Notes: generated by a model not told the origin, from the letters alone. A DNA stretch of 53,345 nt from Escherichia coli (GCF_003334405.1 NZ_QOWM01000021.1); one strand, 5' to 3'. Positions 41,611 to 53,119 are shown, numbered from the stretch's first letter. Program-made: numbers and translations.

Positions 41611-44600
41611 TTACACCTTTTCCACATTCACAAGGAAGGACTTAAACTCCGGCGTCTGCGTGTTCGCATCACCAACGAATGGCGTTAAAGTATTGGCAAT
41701 AAAGCCTTTTTTAGCTACGCCTTCATAGCCCCAGTGAATCGGAATACCGATGGTATCGATATCTTTGCCGTTCGCTTTCAGCGTGCGAATACGTTTGGTC
41801 ACCACCGCTTTGGCTTTGATATAGCCACGGTTGGAGGAGACTTTCACGGTATCGCCCTGGGCAATGCCAAGTTTATTCGCCAGCGACTCCCCGATTTCCA
41901 CAAACTGCTCTGGCTGCAAAATCGCGTTCAACAGCGCGTGTTTGGTCCAGTAGTGGAAGTGCTCGGTCAGACGATAGGTGGTTCCGACATACGGGAACTT
42001 ATCGGCTTTACCCAATGCTTCGGCGTCGTCTTTAAAGATACGTGCAGCCGGGTTCGAGATAACGTTTGGATGCAGCGGGTTAGTTCCCAGCGGCGTTTCA
42101 AACGGCTCGTAGTGTTCCGGGAACGGACCTTCCGCCATCTTATCGAGGGCAAACAGACGCCCCATGCCTTCCTGCTGCATGATAAACGGCCCGACGCCGC
42201 TACCCGGAGGCGCTGCGCTGTAGTCCGGAATATCCCAGCCGGTCCACTTAGTGCCGTCCCATTTCAGCAACTGACGCTTCGGATCCCACGGGTTACCCTG
42301 CGGATCTGCGGAGGCGCGGTTATACAGAATGCGGCGGTTAAGCGGCCATGCCCATGCCCAGCCCAGCGTGTTACCGAGGCCAGACGGATCGGCGTTATCA
42401 CGGCGTGCCATCTGGTTGCCTTCCGGCGTCCAGCTACCGGCGAAAATCCAGCAGCCACAGGAGGTTGTACCGTCATCGCGCAATTGGGCGAACGAACTAA
42501 GTTGTTGGCCTTTCTTGACGATAACCGCACCGGTTGCCGGATCGGTAATATCGGCCAGCGCCTTACCGTTGCTCTCCATCGCCACTTCTTCTGAAGATGG
42601 CTCATGCGGAATGGCGTAGTTCCATGTCATGTTCAGCACCTGGTCCGGGTTCGCGCCACCCTGTTCGGCATACATCTTGCGCAAGCGCAGGAAGATACCG
42701 GAGAGGATCTCGCCGTCAGTCAGCGCAATCCCCGGGGCGTCCGCACCTTTCCAGTGCCACTGTAACCAGCGACCTGAGTTAACGATAGAACCGTTCTCTT
42801 CCGCGAAGCAGGTCGATGGCAGACGGAACACTTCGGTCTGGATCTTCGACGAGTCAACTTCGTTCAGCTCACCGTGGTTCTGCCAGAAGTTAGAGGTTTC
42901 AGTGTTCAGTGGGTCGATGGTGACGAGGAACTTCAGTTTCGACAGACAACCGATCACTTTGTTTTTGTTCGGGAATGAGGCAACAGGGTTAAAGCCCTGG
43001 CAGATATAGCCATTGACCTTGCCCTCTTTCATCATCTCGAAGTATTGCAGGACGTCGTAGCCTTTATCCCACTTCGGCAACCAGTCAAAGCCCCAGCTAT
43101 TTTCCGCCGTCGCTTTATCACCAAAGAAGGCCTTCATCATAGAGACGAAGAATTTCGGGTAGTTGCCCCAGTAGTTTACCTGGCCTTCCAGCAGCGGTTT
43201 TGGCGTGTTGGCGGTAAGGTAGGTTTGCAGATCGGTCTGCTTCTCGCTTGGCAGCGTCATGTAACCTGGCAGGCTCTGCGACAGCAGCCCCAGGTCCGTC
43301 AGCCCCTGAATATTGGAGTGACCGCGCAGGGCGTTAACGCCGCCGCCTGCCATCCCCATATTGCCGAGCAGCAGCTGGATCATCGCCATCGTACGAATGT
43401 TTTGCGCACCAACGGAGTGTTGCGTCCAGCCGAGGGCATACAGGAACGAGGCAGTTTTATCGTGAGCACTGGTTTCTGCGATGTATTCGCAGACTTTCAG
43501 GAACGCGTCTTTTGGCGTACCACAGATGTTTTCAACCACATCTGGCGTGTAGCGGGAAACGTGCTGTTTCAGCAAGTTCCACACGCAGCGCGGATGTTGC
43601 AGCGTGGTATCGCGTTTGGCGAAGCCGTTTTCGTCCAGTTCATAAGTCCAGGAGGATTTATCGTACTTGCGTTTTTCCGCGTCGTAGCCGGTGAACAGGC
43701 CATCTTCAAAGCCGTAATCCTCACGCACGATCAGGCTGGCGTTGGTATAGGCTTCGGTGTATTCGCGGTTGAATTTTTCATTGTTCAGCAGGTACAGCAA
43801 TACGCCTGACAGGAAAGCAATGTCAGTACCGGAACGAATAGGGGCATAGTAGTCAGCTACCGCCGCCGTACGCGTAAAGCGAGGATCGATCACAATCAGC
43901 TTCGCGCCGTTGTGAATTTTGGCTTCCATCGCCCAGCGGAACCCGACCGGGTGAGCTTCAGCGGCGTTACCGCCCATCACCACGACGAGGTTGGCGTTCT
44001 TGATGTCGACCCAGTGGTTGGTCATCGCACCGCGACCAAATGTTGGAGCAAGACTTGCTACCGTTGGTCCGTGTCAGACACGCGCCTGGTTGTCGACCGC
44101 GAGCATACCCAGCGCGCGGGAGAATTTTTGCGTTAAATAGCCGGTTTCGTTACTCGACGCGGAAGCACACAGCATCCCGGTGGAGAGCCAGCGGTTAACA
44201 GTCACGCCTTCGGCGTTTTGCGCAATGTAGTTAGCATCGCGGTCTTCTTTCATCAGTTTGGCGATGCGATCAAACGCCTCTTCCCAACTGATTTGCTGCC
44301 ATTTATCAGAACCTGGCGCACGGTATTCCGGAAACTTCAGACGGCTTTCGGAGTGGATGAAATCCACCAGGCCAGCGCCTTTCGGACAAAGTGCACCGCG
44401 GTTGACCGGGTGATCCGGATCGCCTTCGATATGGAAGATAGATGCTTTGGCGTTTTTTGCTCCGTCACCGAGGCTGTACATCAACAGCCCACAGCCTACG
44501 GAACAATAGGTGCAGGTATTACGGGTTTCGCGGGTGCGCAGCAGTTTATACTGCCGGGTTTCCGCGAGTGCTACGCTGGGTGCAAAACCCAGTGCCGCTG

Positions 44601-44661
44601 CCGTGGTGCCTGCCATACCGCCAGCGCAGATCTTAAAGAACTGCCTTCTGCTGACCTGCAT
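41611..44661 (-). CDS. fdoG: Formate dehydrogenase-O catalytic subunit (selenocysteine-containing; in-frame UGA at 44074-44076)
   Basis: Two ORF-track pieces (44074-44661, 195 aa, and 41611-44025) are in the same frame across a single TGA; N-terminus has Tat signal MQVSRRQFFKICAGG; the junction reads ...AVDNQARV-U-HGPTVASLAPTFGRG; total 1016 codons. Confidence 0.9.
44025..44073 (-). other. Putative SECIS element directing Sec insertion at the fdoG UGA
   Basis: Immediately 3' of the UGA the mRNA reads CACGGACCAACGGUAGCAAGUCUUGCUCCAACA, containing a hairpin (GCAAG...CUUGC), analogous to the fdhF SECIS placement. Confidence 0.5.
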
Positions 44662-44854
44662 GGATTGCTCCTTGTTTCGACATTGTCACGTCCCATTTAC
44701 ATTCGCTTGCTGCGTGTGCAGGGAGTGGGAGTTATTTTTCTTTGCGGAAGGGGCCGCAAAGGTCCAGAATTGGCTCAATTTCCCTCCATCCAGGAAGGGT
44801 TTGTAACAGAATACCATAATGTTGGTGTGTGTGTTCTTATCTGGTTAAGAGAAA

Positions 44855-45688
44855 GTGAAAAAAACACAGCGAAAAGAAATCGAAAATGTGACAAATATCA
44901 CAGGTGTTCGTCAAATTGAGTTATGGCGGCGTGATGATTTACAACACCCACGGTTAGATGAGGTCGCGGAAGAAGTTCCCGTTGCGCTGGTCTACAACGG
45001 CATTTCGCATGTGGTGATGATGGCGTCGCCCAAAGACCTTGAGTACTTTGCGCTCGGTTTTTCGCTTTCCGAGGGGATTATCGAAAGTCCGCGCGATATC
45101 TTCGGCATGGATGTCGTTCCTTCCTGTAATGGTCTTGAAGTACAAATTGAGCTTTCCAGCCGCCGCTTTATGGGGTTGAAGGAGCGCCGCCGGGCGCTGG
45201 CGGGACGTACGGGCTGTGGCGTATGCGGCGTGGAGCAACTTAATGACATCGGAAAACCGGTGCAGCCGCTACCGTTCACCCAGACGTTTGATCTCAACAA
45301 ACTGGATGATGCATTACGTCATCTCAACGATTTTCAGCCAGTGGGGCAACTGACTGGTTGTACTCACGCCGCTGCCTGGATGTTGCCATCTGGCGAACTG
45401 GTCGGCGGGCATGAAGACGTGGGTCGCCATGTGGCGCTGGACAAACTGTTAGGCCGCCGGTCACAAGAAGGGGAAAGCTGGCAGCAAGGTGCGGTACTGG
45501 TTTCCAGTCGTGCCAGTTATGAAATGGTGCAAAAGTCGGCGATGTGCGGCGTAGAGATTTTGTTTGCGGTGTCTGCCGCGACCACGCTTGCTGTAGAAGT
45601 GGCTGAGCGCTGTAATCTGACACTGGTAGGTTTTTGTAAACCGGGTCGGGCAACGGTTTATACCCATCCGCAGCGTTTGAGCAATTAA
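44855..45688 (+). CDS. fdhD: Sulfurtransferase FdhD (formate dehydrogenase maturation)
   Basis: 277-aa ORF, GTG start; conserved [11 protein letters not shown] cysteine motif. Confidence 0.95.
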
Positions 45689-45840
45689 TTAAAATAAGTC
45701 CTGCGAAATATATTAAATTGCAGGACTTATTCATTTCGTGAATTTTATTATTTTATTTATAAACAAAATGCGTGTAGTGGCGTTTTCTTTTTTCATTTAT
45801 TATGTTCACTCTCTTATCTATATATTTATAAGGCAATTAA

Positions 45841-46896
45841 ATGAAAAGGAATTTATTATCTTCCGCTATTATAGTCGCCATCATGTCCCTCGGTCTGACG
45901 GGTTGTGATGATAAAAAAGCCGAAACAGAAACGCTCCCGCCTGCCAATAGTCAACCTGCCGCACCAGCTCCTGAAGCGAAACCTACTGAAGCTCCCGTTG
46001 CAAAAGCAGAAGCTAAACCTGAAACACCTGCGCAACCGGTGGTCGATGAACAAGCGGTTTTCGACGAAAAAATGGATGTCTATATCAAGTGCTACAACAA
46101 GTTACAGATCCCGGTACAGCGCAGTCTGGCGCGTTATGCTGACTGGCTGAAAGATTTTAAACAGGGGCCTACCGGTGAAGAGCGTACTGTTTATGGCATC
46201 TACGGCATTAGTGAATCCAACCTCGCTGAGTGTGAAAAAGGCGTAAAAAGTGCTGTGGCGTTAACGCCTGCGCTGCAACCAATTGATGGCGTGGCGGTGA
46301 GTTATATCGATGCTGCCGTGGCGTTGGGTAATACCATTAACGAAATGGATAAATATTACACCCAGGAAAATTATAAAGACGATGCGTTTGCGAAAGGGAA
46401 AACGCTGCACCAGACATTCTTAAAAAATCTGGAAGCCTTTGAACCTGTAGCCGAATCTTATCATGCGGCGATTCAGGAAATTAATGATAAGCGTCAGCTT
46501 GCGGAACTGAAAAATATTGAAGAAAGAGAAGGGAAAACATTCCACTACTACTCTCTGGCAGTCATGATTTCAGCGAAACAAATTAATAACCTGATATCGC
46601 AAGATAAGTTTGATGCAGAAGCGGCAATGAAGAAAGTGTCTGAACTGGAAACGCTAGTGGCGCAGGCCAAAGAAGCGGATAAAGGCGGCATGAATTTCTC
46701 GTTTATTAATTCGGCAGGCCAGTATCAACTCGAGGCTAAAAAATACGTTCGCCGCATCAGAGATAAAGTCCCGTACTCTGACTGGGATAAAGAGCAACTT
46801 CAGGACGCAAACTCAAGCTGGATGGTCGAAGACTCTTTCCCGAGAGCATTACGCGAGTACAACGAAATGGTTGATGACTATAATAGCCTGCGTTAA
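45841..46896 (+). CDS. yiiG: DUF3829-family lipoprotein YiiG
   Basis: 351-aa ORF with lipobox MSLGLTGC after the signal peptide, and a Pro/Ala/Glu-rich linker. Confidence 0.85.
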   Translation: MKRNLLSSAIIVAIMSLGLTGCDDKKAETETLPPANSQPAAPAPEAKPTEAPVAKAEAKPETPAQPVVDEQAVFDEKMDVYIKCYNKLQIPVQRSLARYADWLKDFKQGPTGEERTVYGIYGISESNLAECEKGVKSAVALTPALQPIDGVAVSYIDAAVALGNTINEMDKYYTQENYKDDAFAKGKTLHQTFLKNLEAFEPVAESYHAAIQEINDKRQLAELKNIEEREGKTFHYYSLAVMISAKQINNLISQDKFDAEAAMKKVSELETLVAQAKEADKGGMNFSFINSAGQYQLEAKKYVRRIRDKVPYSDWDKEQLQDANSSWMVEDSFPRALREYNEMVDDYNSLR

Positions 46897-46915
46897 ACGT
46901 TTTTGATGATAAATG

Positions 46916-46944
46916 CAGTGTCGGATGCGGCGCATCCGACACAG
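46916..46944. terminator. Palindromic hairpin between convergent yiiG and frvR (REP-like, possible bidirectional terminator)
   Basis: GTGTCGGATGCGgCGCATCCGACAC, 12-bp perfect stem. Confidence 0.5.
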
Positions 46945-46945
46945 T

Positions 46946-48694
46946 TCACCCCTTGTGAAGTAACTCCATAAATGCCTCATATCCTGTTAACCCGGCAATA
47001 ATCTCCGCCGGATGCTGACACAATATGCTTGCCAGATAGCTAAATATTTTTAGCTCATGACGCGCATCGGCGGCGGCGCAGGCGATCAAGACATGGTTAA
47101 TGACTTCGTTATTCACCTCAACTGGTTGGGCGAGGGTAATAAAAAATCCACGAAAACGTCGCTCCTGTTCGCTCCAGCAATGTGGGATGGCGAGGCGATT
47201 AACAATCAGGTTTTCACCTTCGCCTTCGCGGGCGATGATGCGTTGTGCTTCATCGGCGGTAATATGGTGTTGTGCGACTAATTGCGCACAAATTTGCCGG
47301 GTAATATGTTGCCAGCTTTCACCGCGTACATTCGAATAATGAAAACTTCCGGGGGCAGAGAAAAAACGCTCCGGCTGTTGGCGAATAAATGCCGTCGCCA
47401 GAAAATGTTTTATTTGTTCGATACCGGCAGCCGTAATGATATTTTTTACGGTGATGTAATTATTTACCGCGTCATCCAGTAAATAATGGCTGTTGTTAAT
47501 GATCAATAACGGCTCAATCTCTTCGCGAATGGCAACAAGTTCGCTTAAGCTACGGGCAATAATTACCCGACAATTTAAAACATCGCGCTCAATGGCGAGC
47601 TGATTAATAGTGGCAATCGCGTTCTGGTCCGAGAGCAAAATGATCGGCTGGCGTTCGTTTTGATGCCGCTCCAGCGCACAGGCAAAATACAAACCGATCA
47701 GATCGCTGTCGAAAAGGGGAATATCGAGCTGTTCACGCAGTAGCGTAATAAAGTGCAGACTCATATCAAAGGCCGCAGGCCAGGCGGCTTTCAGGTTATT
47801 CATGCTGCTCTGGCGGTGCTCAGCAATCCACACTGGTGCGGCAAGGCAACGTAATAAATGCCCGGTAATATTCTCAACCAGCTGCGCATCAATAATATTC
47901 AATGACGCGATGCCCGGCACCCTTTGCAGCAACCCCTGCACATTATCGGCTGAAATTACCTGCGCTTGCTGATGCTGTTTCTCTATCAAACCCGTCAGGG
48001 TTCTTACAGCGTTATCACCAAGAAACAGACCGCTATGTTCAACGATTTGTTTTATCTCGTCACCGGGATATTGCGGCCACTCATCGGTCAGTTGATTACG
48101 CAGGGCGTAAATCGCCAGAATCAGGCTGGAGAGATAATCACCCTGCATGAGCGGCCAGCGGTGTTGGTTGTCGCAGGCCGTGGATAAATGCTGAAGGTTG
48201 TCTCGTGTTATGCCCGCCAGCGGAATTAAAAACGGATCTTTGCGCAGCAAGTTCGCCAGCAAGATAACGCGTTTCTCTTCTGTCTCATCAATGAAATGGC
48301 CCAAACCAGGGCGGCTGGCCAGGCAACAAGTGCGTTCATAACGCTGTTTTAACCGGGGCAGACGCTCTGCTACCCACGTTTCTGGCAAATTAAGCGCCGA
48401 GGCGAGTTGCGCACGGGGAGTGAAAGTATTCAGTAATAACAGCGCCAGCAGCCGATCGTCGTTATCGTGCTTTTGCAGCAACTGAAAAAAGCTGCGGCGC
48501 TCGAAGATTTCCAGCTGATAGCCCGCACTGCCACTGGCGAAAATGCGGGCTTTGCCGTTAAGGGTGAAGTTGAGATAGTCAATATCACGCAGGATGGTCC
48601 TGCCTGAAACGCCAGTCTGTTGCGCCAGCTCGCCAGGCGTGCGCGGCTGTTGCTCCAGCAGATCGACAATCTTTAACTGGCGTTCGTTTAGCAT
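46946..48694 (-). CDS. frvR: Transcriptional regulator FrvR
   Basis: 582-aa ORF with N-terminal HTH (ELAQQTGVSGRTILRDIDYL); start ATG overlaps the frvX stop (TAATG). Confidence 0.9.
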   Translation of the reverse strand: MLNERQLKIVDLLEQQPRTPGELAQQTGVSGRTILRDIDYLNFTLNGKARIFASGSAGYQLEIFERRSFFQLLQKHDNDDRLLALLLLNTFTPRAQLASALNLPETWVAERLPRLKQRYERTCCLASRPGLGHFIDETEEKRVILLANLLRKDPFLIPLAGITRDNLQHLSTACDNQHRWPLMQGDYLSSLILAIYALRNQLTDEWPQYPGDEIKQIVEHSGLFLGDNAVRTLTGLIEKQHQQAQVISADNVQGLLQRVPGIASLNIIDAQLVENITGHLLRCLAAPVWIAEHRQSSMNNLKAAWPAAFDMSLHFITLLREQLDIPLFDSDLIGLYFACALERHQNERQPIILLSDQNAIATINQLAIERDVLNCRVIIARSLSELVAIREEIEPLLIINNSHYLLDDAVNNYITVKNIITAAGIEQIKHFLATAFIRQQPERFFSAPGSFHYSNVRGESWQHITRQICAQLVAQHHITADEAQRIIAREGEGENLIVNRLAIPHCWSEQERRFRGFFITLAQPVEVNNEVINHVLIACAAADARHELKIFSYLASILCQHPAEIIAGLTGYEAFMELLHKG

Positions 48695-49764
48695 TAATCC
48701 ACCTGACGGAACTGGCTAAACGCGTTGACTTTCTCCGCAGTTAAGGTCGTCAGAAAACCCCGTATCAGCGTGAGCAGAGCTTCGTAATCGGCTTTTGAAA
48801 TCATACCGCTGTTGGCGTGCAGATAACGAGTTGGCAGACACAGCGCGACAACCGGACGCCCGCCGCCCATCACGTTGTAGCGCCCGCCATCCGTCGCACC
48901 GGTTTTCATGGTGGAAAATTGCAGCGGTAAATCGTTATGTGCGGCACAGCTTTTTAACGCTGCTACCAGTTTCTGGTTGGGGAAGTAGCGCTTGTCAAAC
49001 AGCATCAGCCCCGGCCCCTGGCCCAGTTTCAGCGGGTATTTAATGTTATCAATGCCCGGAACATCGCCCGCTACGGCGGTATCCAACACGATCACGACGT
49101 CCGGTTTAATGTGTTCCGCCGAGGTTTGCGCCCCGCGTAGCCCAACTTCTTCTTCCACACTGCCAACGCCATACAGCGTAATTTCGGGATTATTCACCGT
49201 CTGCAATAGTTCAGCCATCATTGCGCAGCCGATGCGGTTATCCAACGCCTTGCCGACCACTTTATCTTCGCCCCAGCAGGCAAAATTGGCTTCCGGGCTA
49301 ATAAAATTACCAATTTCCACGCCGCGCTTTTCCACCTCTTCGCGACTGTTCGCGCCAATATCAATGAACATCTCATCAAATGACAGCGGTTGTTGCTTTT
49401 GCTTTTCCGTTAACGCATGAGGCGCGACGGAACCAATCACACCAGGGATTTTCACTCCCTTGTGTGTGCGTATGGTTACCCGGTGGTTGAGCATCGACTG
49501 ATTCCACCAGCCGCCAATGGTGGTAAAACGCAGAAAACCGCTCTCGTCGATGTGGGTGACCATAAAGCCGACTTCATCCATATGTCCGACAACGGCAACT
49601 TTTGGACCTTTATTCCCCTTACGGGCAACAAAGCTGCCCAGACCATCGAAGGTGATTTCATTCACGCAAGGTTCCAGCGTGTTTATCAGAATGTCGCGAA
49701 CTTCCTGTTCATCGCCGCTGACGGCGCTGGCTTCGCACAACTGTTGCAGTAACTCAATGTTCAT
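48694..49764 (-). CDS. frvX: M42-family aminopeptidase-like protein FrvX
   Basis: ORF-track frame (TTG at 49770) trimmed to ATG 49764 (MNIELLQQLCEASAVSGDEQEV...), 356 aa, SD GGAG upstream. Confidence 0.9.
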   Translation of the reverse strand: MNIELLQQLCEASAVSGDEQEVRDILINTLEPCVNEITFDGLGSFVARKGNKGPKVAVVGHMDEVGFMVTHIDESGFLRFTTIGGWWNQSMLNHRVTIRTHKGVKIPGVIGSVAPHALTEKQKQQPLSFDEMFIDIGANSREEVEKRGVEIGNFISPEANFACWGEDKVVGKALDNRIGCAMMAELLQTVNNPEITLYGVGSVEEEVGLRGAQTSAEHIKPDVVIVLDTAVAGDVPGIDNIKYPLKLGQGPGLMLFDKRYFPNQKLVAALKSCAAHNDLPLQFSTMKTGATDGGRYNVMGGGRPVVALCLPTRYLHANSGMISKADYEALLTLIRGFLTTLTAEKVNAFSQFRQVD

Positions 49765-51205
49765 GGACAAGCTCCTGTTGCGCGGCTTTCGCTTTGCGGC
49801 GTAACCACAATCCTTTCAGGACGATAATGAATGAAATGTTCAGCGCGAGGCCAATCGCCAGCACCAGATAAAACGAACCCACCGGCGACATCAGGCCGAT
49901 CAGCGGGTCAAAGATACCCAAACCAGGTGCCAGACGTTTGATTCCGAAAGCGATCACCAGCACGCCGGTAATGCCGCCCGCCAGCGTATTGGCGGTAATC
50001 ATCGGCAACGGAGCTGCCAGAGCGTAAGGAATAGCCGGTTCGGTTGCGACTGTGGCACCGACCACAATGGCACTACTGGCAGCCTCTTTTTCCTGTCGGG
50101 TAAACAGTTTGGGCGCAATGAACGTCGCAAGACCCGCCGCGACGGGCGGCATCAGCGCGACAACGCCGACGATGGCGTACCAGTCATAAATGTGTTTTTC
50201 CAGCAGTGAGAAGCAGAAGAACCAGGCGGTTTTATTGATGGGGCCGCCCATATCGAACGCCAGCATCGCACCGACCAGAAACGCTGCCGCAAACTTCATT
50301 GATGGAGGAATGGTATTCAGGAAGTGGAGCAGCCCGCCCATGAGGTCGGACATCACCGGCCCGATAACGTAGTAAGTGAGCACGCCGAAAACCAGCAGAG
50401 TAACGAACGGGATCAGCATTGAACCGAGCAGCGGTTGTAATGCTTTGCCAAGGCGCACTTTGCGGAACCAGAAGACGAAATAGCCAATCGCCAGCCCCAG
50501 CACCACCGCGCCGAGGAATCCCGCACCCGACTGGGTGCCGAGCAGCGCTTTGTCGTTCGCCAGATAGCAAACCAGAAACGCCGGAGCGAAAGCCGGTTTA
50601 TCGGCAATCGACGAGGCAATATAAGCGCCCATGATGGGGATCATAAAGGTGAAGCCAAGGTAACCGATGGATTCAACTACCCAGGTAAACGACGGCGCGC
50701 CTTTCGACATATCGGTATACGGCAAACCGAACTGCACCAGCATGTTGGCAAGCGCCACCAGGATACCACCGCCGATGACAAACGGCAGCGCCGCAGAGAC
50801 GCCCGCCATCAGGTGGCTCATCACGCTACCGCTTTGCACTTCCTGTTTGCCAAGCTTCACGCCGCTATCTGCGGCAAAAAGCTGCGAGTTTGTCGGTAAT
50901 TCGCTGAAAATCTGGTCGATATTTTTCAACGCCTGGGAGATGGCAATCTCATAAACTTTCTTCCCGGCAAACCGCGCGCGATCATCACCGCTCAGGCCAC
51001 GCCCGGTAGCGAGAATGACGTAATCGGCAGCGGCAATCTCTTCGCTGGATAAGCGGTTTTCAACGCCACTGGACCCTTGAGTTTCCACTTTTATGGTATG
51101 ACCGAGAGAACGGGCTTTCTGTTCCAGGGCTTCCGCCACCATGTAGGTGTGAGCGATCCCGGCGGGGCAGTTGGTGATCGCGACAATACGTAAGGATGAC
51201 TCCAT
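49754..51205 (-). CDS. frvB: PTS fructose-like permease IIBC component FrvB
   Basis: ORF-track frame (GTG at 51211) trimmed to ATG 51205 (MESSLRIVAITNCPAGIAHTYM...; IIB active-site Cys in NCPAG), 483 aa; polytopic membrane domain. Confidence 0.9.
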   Translation of the reverse strand: MESSLRIVAITNCPAGIAHTYMVAEALEQKARSLGHTIKVETQGSSGVENRLSSEEIAAADYVILATGRGLSGDDRARFAGKKVYEIAISQALKNIDQIFSELPTNSQLFAADSGVKLGKQEVQSGSVMSHLMAGVSAALPFVIGGGILVALANMLVQFGLPYTDMSKGAPSFTWVVESIGYLGFTFMIPIMGAYIASSIADKPAFAPAFLVCYLANDKALLGTQSGAGFLGAVVLGLAIGYFVFWFRKVRLGKALQPLLGSMLIPFVTLLVFGVLTYYVIGPVMSDLMGGLLHFLNTIPPSMKFAAAFLVGAMLAFDMGGPINKTAWFFCFSLLEKHIYDWYAIVGVVALMPPVAAGLATFIAPKLFTRQEKEAASSAIVVGATVATEPAIPYALAAPLPMITANTLAGGITGVLVIAFGIKRLAPGLGIFDPLIGLMSPVGSFYLVLAIGLALNISFIIVLKGLWLRRKAKAAQQELVHEH

Positions 51206-51215
51206 CGCCACTTCC

Positions 51216-51662
51216 TTATGAGCTGAGGGTTTGATTTAACAAGGCAAGCACCTGGTCGGTATCGCCCTGTTGCAGTTGATGAATAAATTCCTTGTGAATA
51301 ATTTTGCGACACAGTGTGCCGATGATTTTGACCTGATCCTCTTCGCCGCTTTGCGGCACGCCGAGGCAGATCCAGCAATTGACGTCTTCGCCATCGCTGG
51401 CTTTCCAGTCAATAGCCTGCGCTTTGCGGGCGAATAATACGAACGGTTGTTTAACGCAGGCGCTTTTACCGTGCGGCACGGCGACACCGGAACCAAATCC
51501 AGTAGAGTGCATTTTTTCGCGCAGCAGCAGGGTTTGCAGGAACTGGTGTGAGTCGGTGATAAAACCGTTTTGTAACGCTATTGTCGCCAACTGCTTCAGA
51601 ACGGAATAAGCGCCATTGCCCTGAATATTCAGGTCAATACAGCTTGCAGTAAGAGCTGCCAT
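51216..51662 (-). CDS. frvA: PTS fructose-like IIA component FrvA
   Basis: 148-aa ORF; IIA(Fru/Mtl)-type phosphorylation His in GFGSGVAVPHGK. Confidence 0.9.
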   Translation of the reverse strand: MAALTASCIDLNIQGNGAYSVLKQLATIALQNGFITDSHQFLQTLLLREKMHSTGFGSGVAVPHGKSACVKQPFVLFARKAQAIDWKASDGEDVNCWICLGVPQSGEEDQVKIIGTLCRKIIHKEFIHQLQQGDTDQVLALLNQTLSS

Positions 51663-51914
51663 TAATCGGACTCCATAAAATATATTTTAATCAATTGTAA
51701 TGGTGGAGCGATTAAGTGATGAGAGGCGATATGTCGGTAAACAATGACAATTTGAGACAGAGTGAAAGGTCAGATTTGCGGAGTAATGCACATAATGGTT
51801 ATTTAAATAAACCACATGAATCATTAATGGGTTATTCATTATTTTTGTGATTTACTCACAATGTATCAGGGAAATATAACTTACCGGGAGATGTAATATG
51901 TTTAATTTTTCAAA

Positions 51915-51958
51915 TCGAAATTTAAAATATTGTGCCGGAGGCATCTCTGGCACATTGG
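51915..51958 (-). terminator. Putative intrinsic terminator after rhaM
   Basis: On the minus strand, a 9-bp-stem hairpin (TGTGCCAGA...TCCGGCACA) followed by ATATTTTAAATTT. Confidence 0.45.
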
Positions 51959-51962
51959 GCAA

Positions 51963-52277
51963 TTACGGCAGGTAAAACACTTCTTGCAGCTCGCTACTCA
52001 CCGGGCTGTTATCCGGGTTAGCGGGCATAACATCGGTCATATATTTCCACCAACGTTGGCAAACATCAGTGCTGGCAACCGCATTCCAGCGTTCTTCAGA
52101 TTCAATCTCTACCATGGCAAACAGCAGATTACGCGCTTTGTCGAGATAGATGGCGTAGTTATGCGCACCGTGAGATTTCAGCACTGCTTCCAGTTCTGGC
52201 CAGATGGGATTATGCCGACGCTGATACTCTTCGTGGGCGTCGGGGTTTACCTGCATGACAAAGGCTTTGCGGATCAT
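51963..52277 (-). CDS. rhaM: L-rhamnose mutarotase
   Basis: 104-aa [49 protein letters not shown].... Confidence 0.9.
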
Positions 52278-52286
52278 GTTTGCTCC

Positions 52287-53111
52287 TTACAGCGCCAGCG
52301 CACTGGCGAGTGGCGTAACGCCGAAACGCTTGCCGAGCGCTATCAACTCTTCACGGCTGATGGTCTGTTTCATGCCGCCCATCGAATAAACCTTCACTAA
52401 TACTTGTGCTGATTTTTCTGCGGTGTCGATTAAACCGAAGGTTTCATCCAGCGTCGGTCCGCTGCCGAAGACGCCGTGGAAGGGCCACAACACCAGCGAA
52501 TGTTTTTGCATCTCTTGTGCGGTCGCCTGGCCGATTTCGTCCGTGCCGGGCACCATCCACGGCAAAATGCCAACGCCATCCGGGAATACCACCAGACACT
52601 CGGTGCTGCCTTCCCACAGTTGGCGAGTGAAGACCGCGGTGTCGTTTTCAAGTACATAGGTGAGGGCGATCAGGTTGGTGGCGTGGCAGTGCATGATCAC
52701 CCGATCTTTGCCGTTGGTGGCTTTAATGCGCTCGCAGTGGGAAAGGAAGTGAGCCGGAAGTTCGGAAGTGGGGACGGCTTCGTTGGTTAACCCCCAAAGA
52801 ATGTGGTAGCCCGCGCCGTCGCTGTCGACTTTTACGATGCCTAAGTTAGCCGCAGGATCAAGCTGGACGTTACGGAAGAATTTGCCCGAGCCGGTGACAA
52901 TAAACGGTGTATTTGCCAGTAAAGGCATGGGCTGGCTGAGCGGGATATAGCGCGGTTGTTGGTGGAAATTGTCGTGATATGGTGCGATATCGGCGTCATC
53001 CAGGCGTAGCGTCAGGTTGCCGCCGTTGCGCTCATCCCAGCCTTTCAGCCAGGCGTCGGTGGTGGCTTTGATCATTCCCTGGACAAACCAGGACTGAGTA
53101 ATGTTTTGCAT
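52287..53111 (-). CDS. rhaD: Rhamnulose-1-phosphate aldolase
   Basis: ORF-track frame trimmed to [32 protein letters not shown] (ATG 53111), 274 aa; class II aldolase. Confidence 0.9.
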
Positions 53112-53119
53112 GTTCTGTG

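Noticed and set aside
41734-43809. Plus-strand ORFs of 286 aa and 254 aa
   Set aside because: Antisense within fdoG; the GC-rich sense gene leaves its antisense frames open.
41611-44661. Two separate genes, or an fdoG pseudogene interrupted by a stop
   Set aside because: The single interruption is a TGA at the position expected for selenocysteine, with a downstream hairpin; the frame is otherwise continuous.
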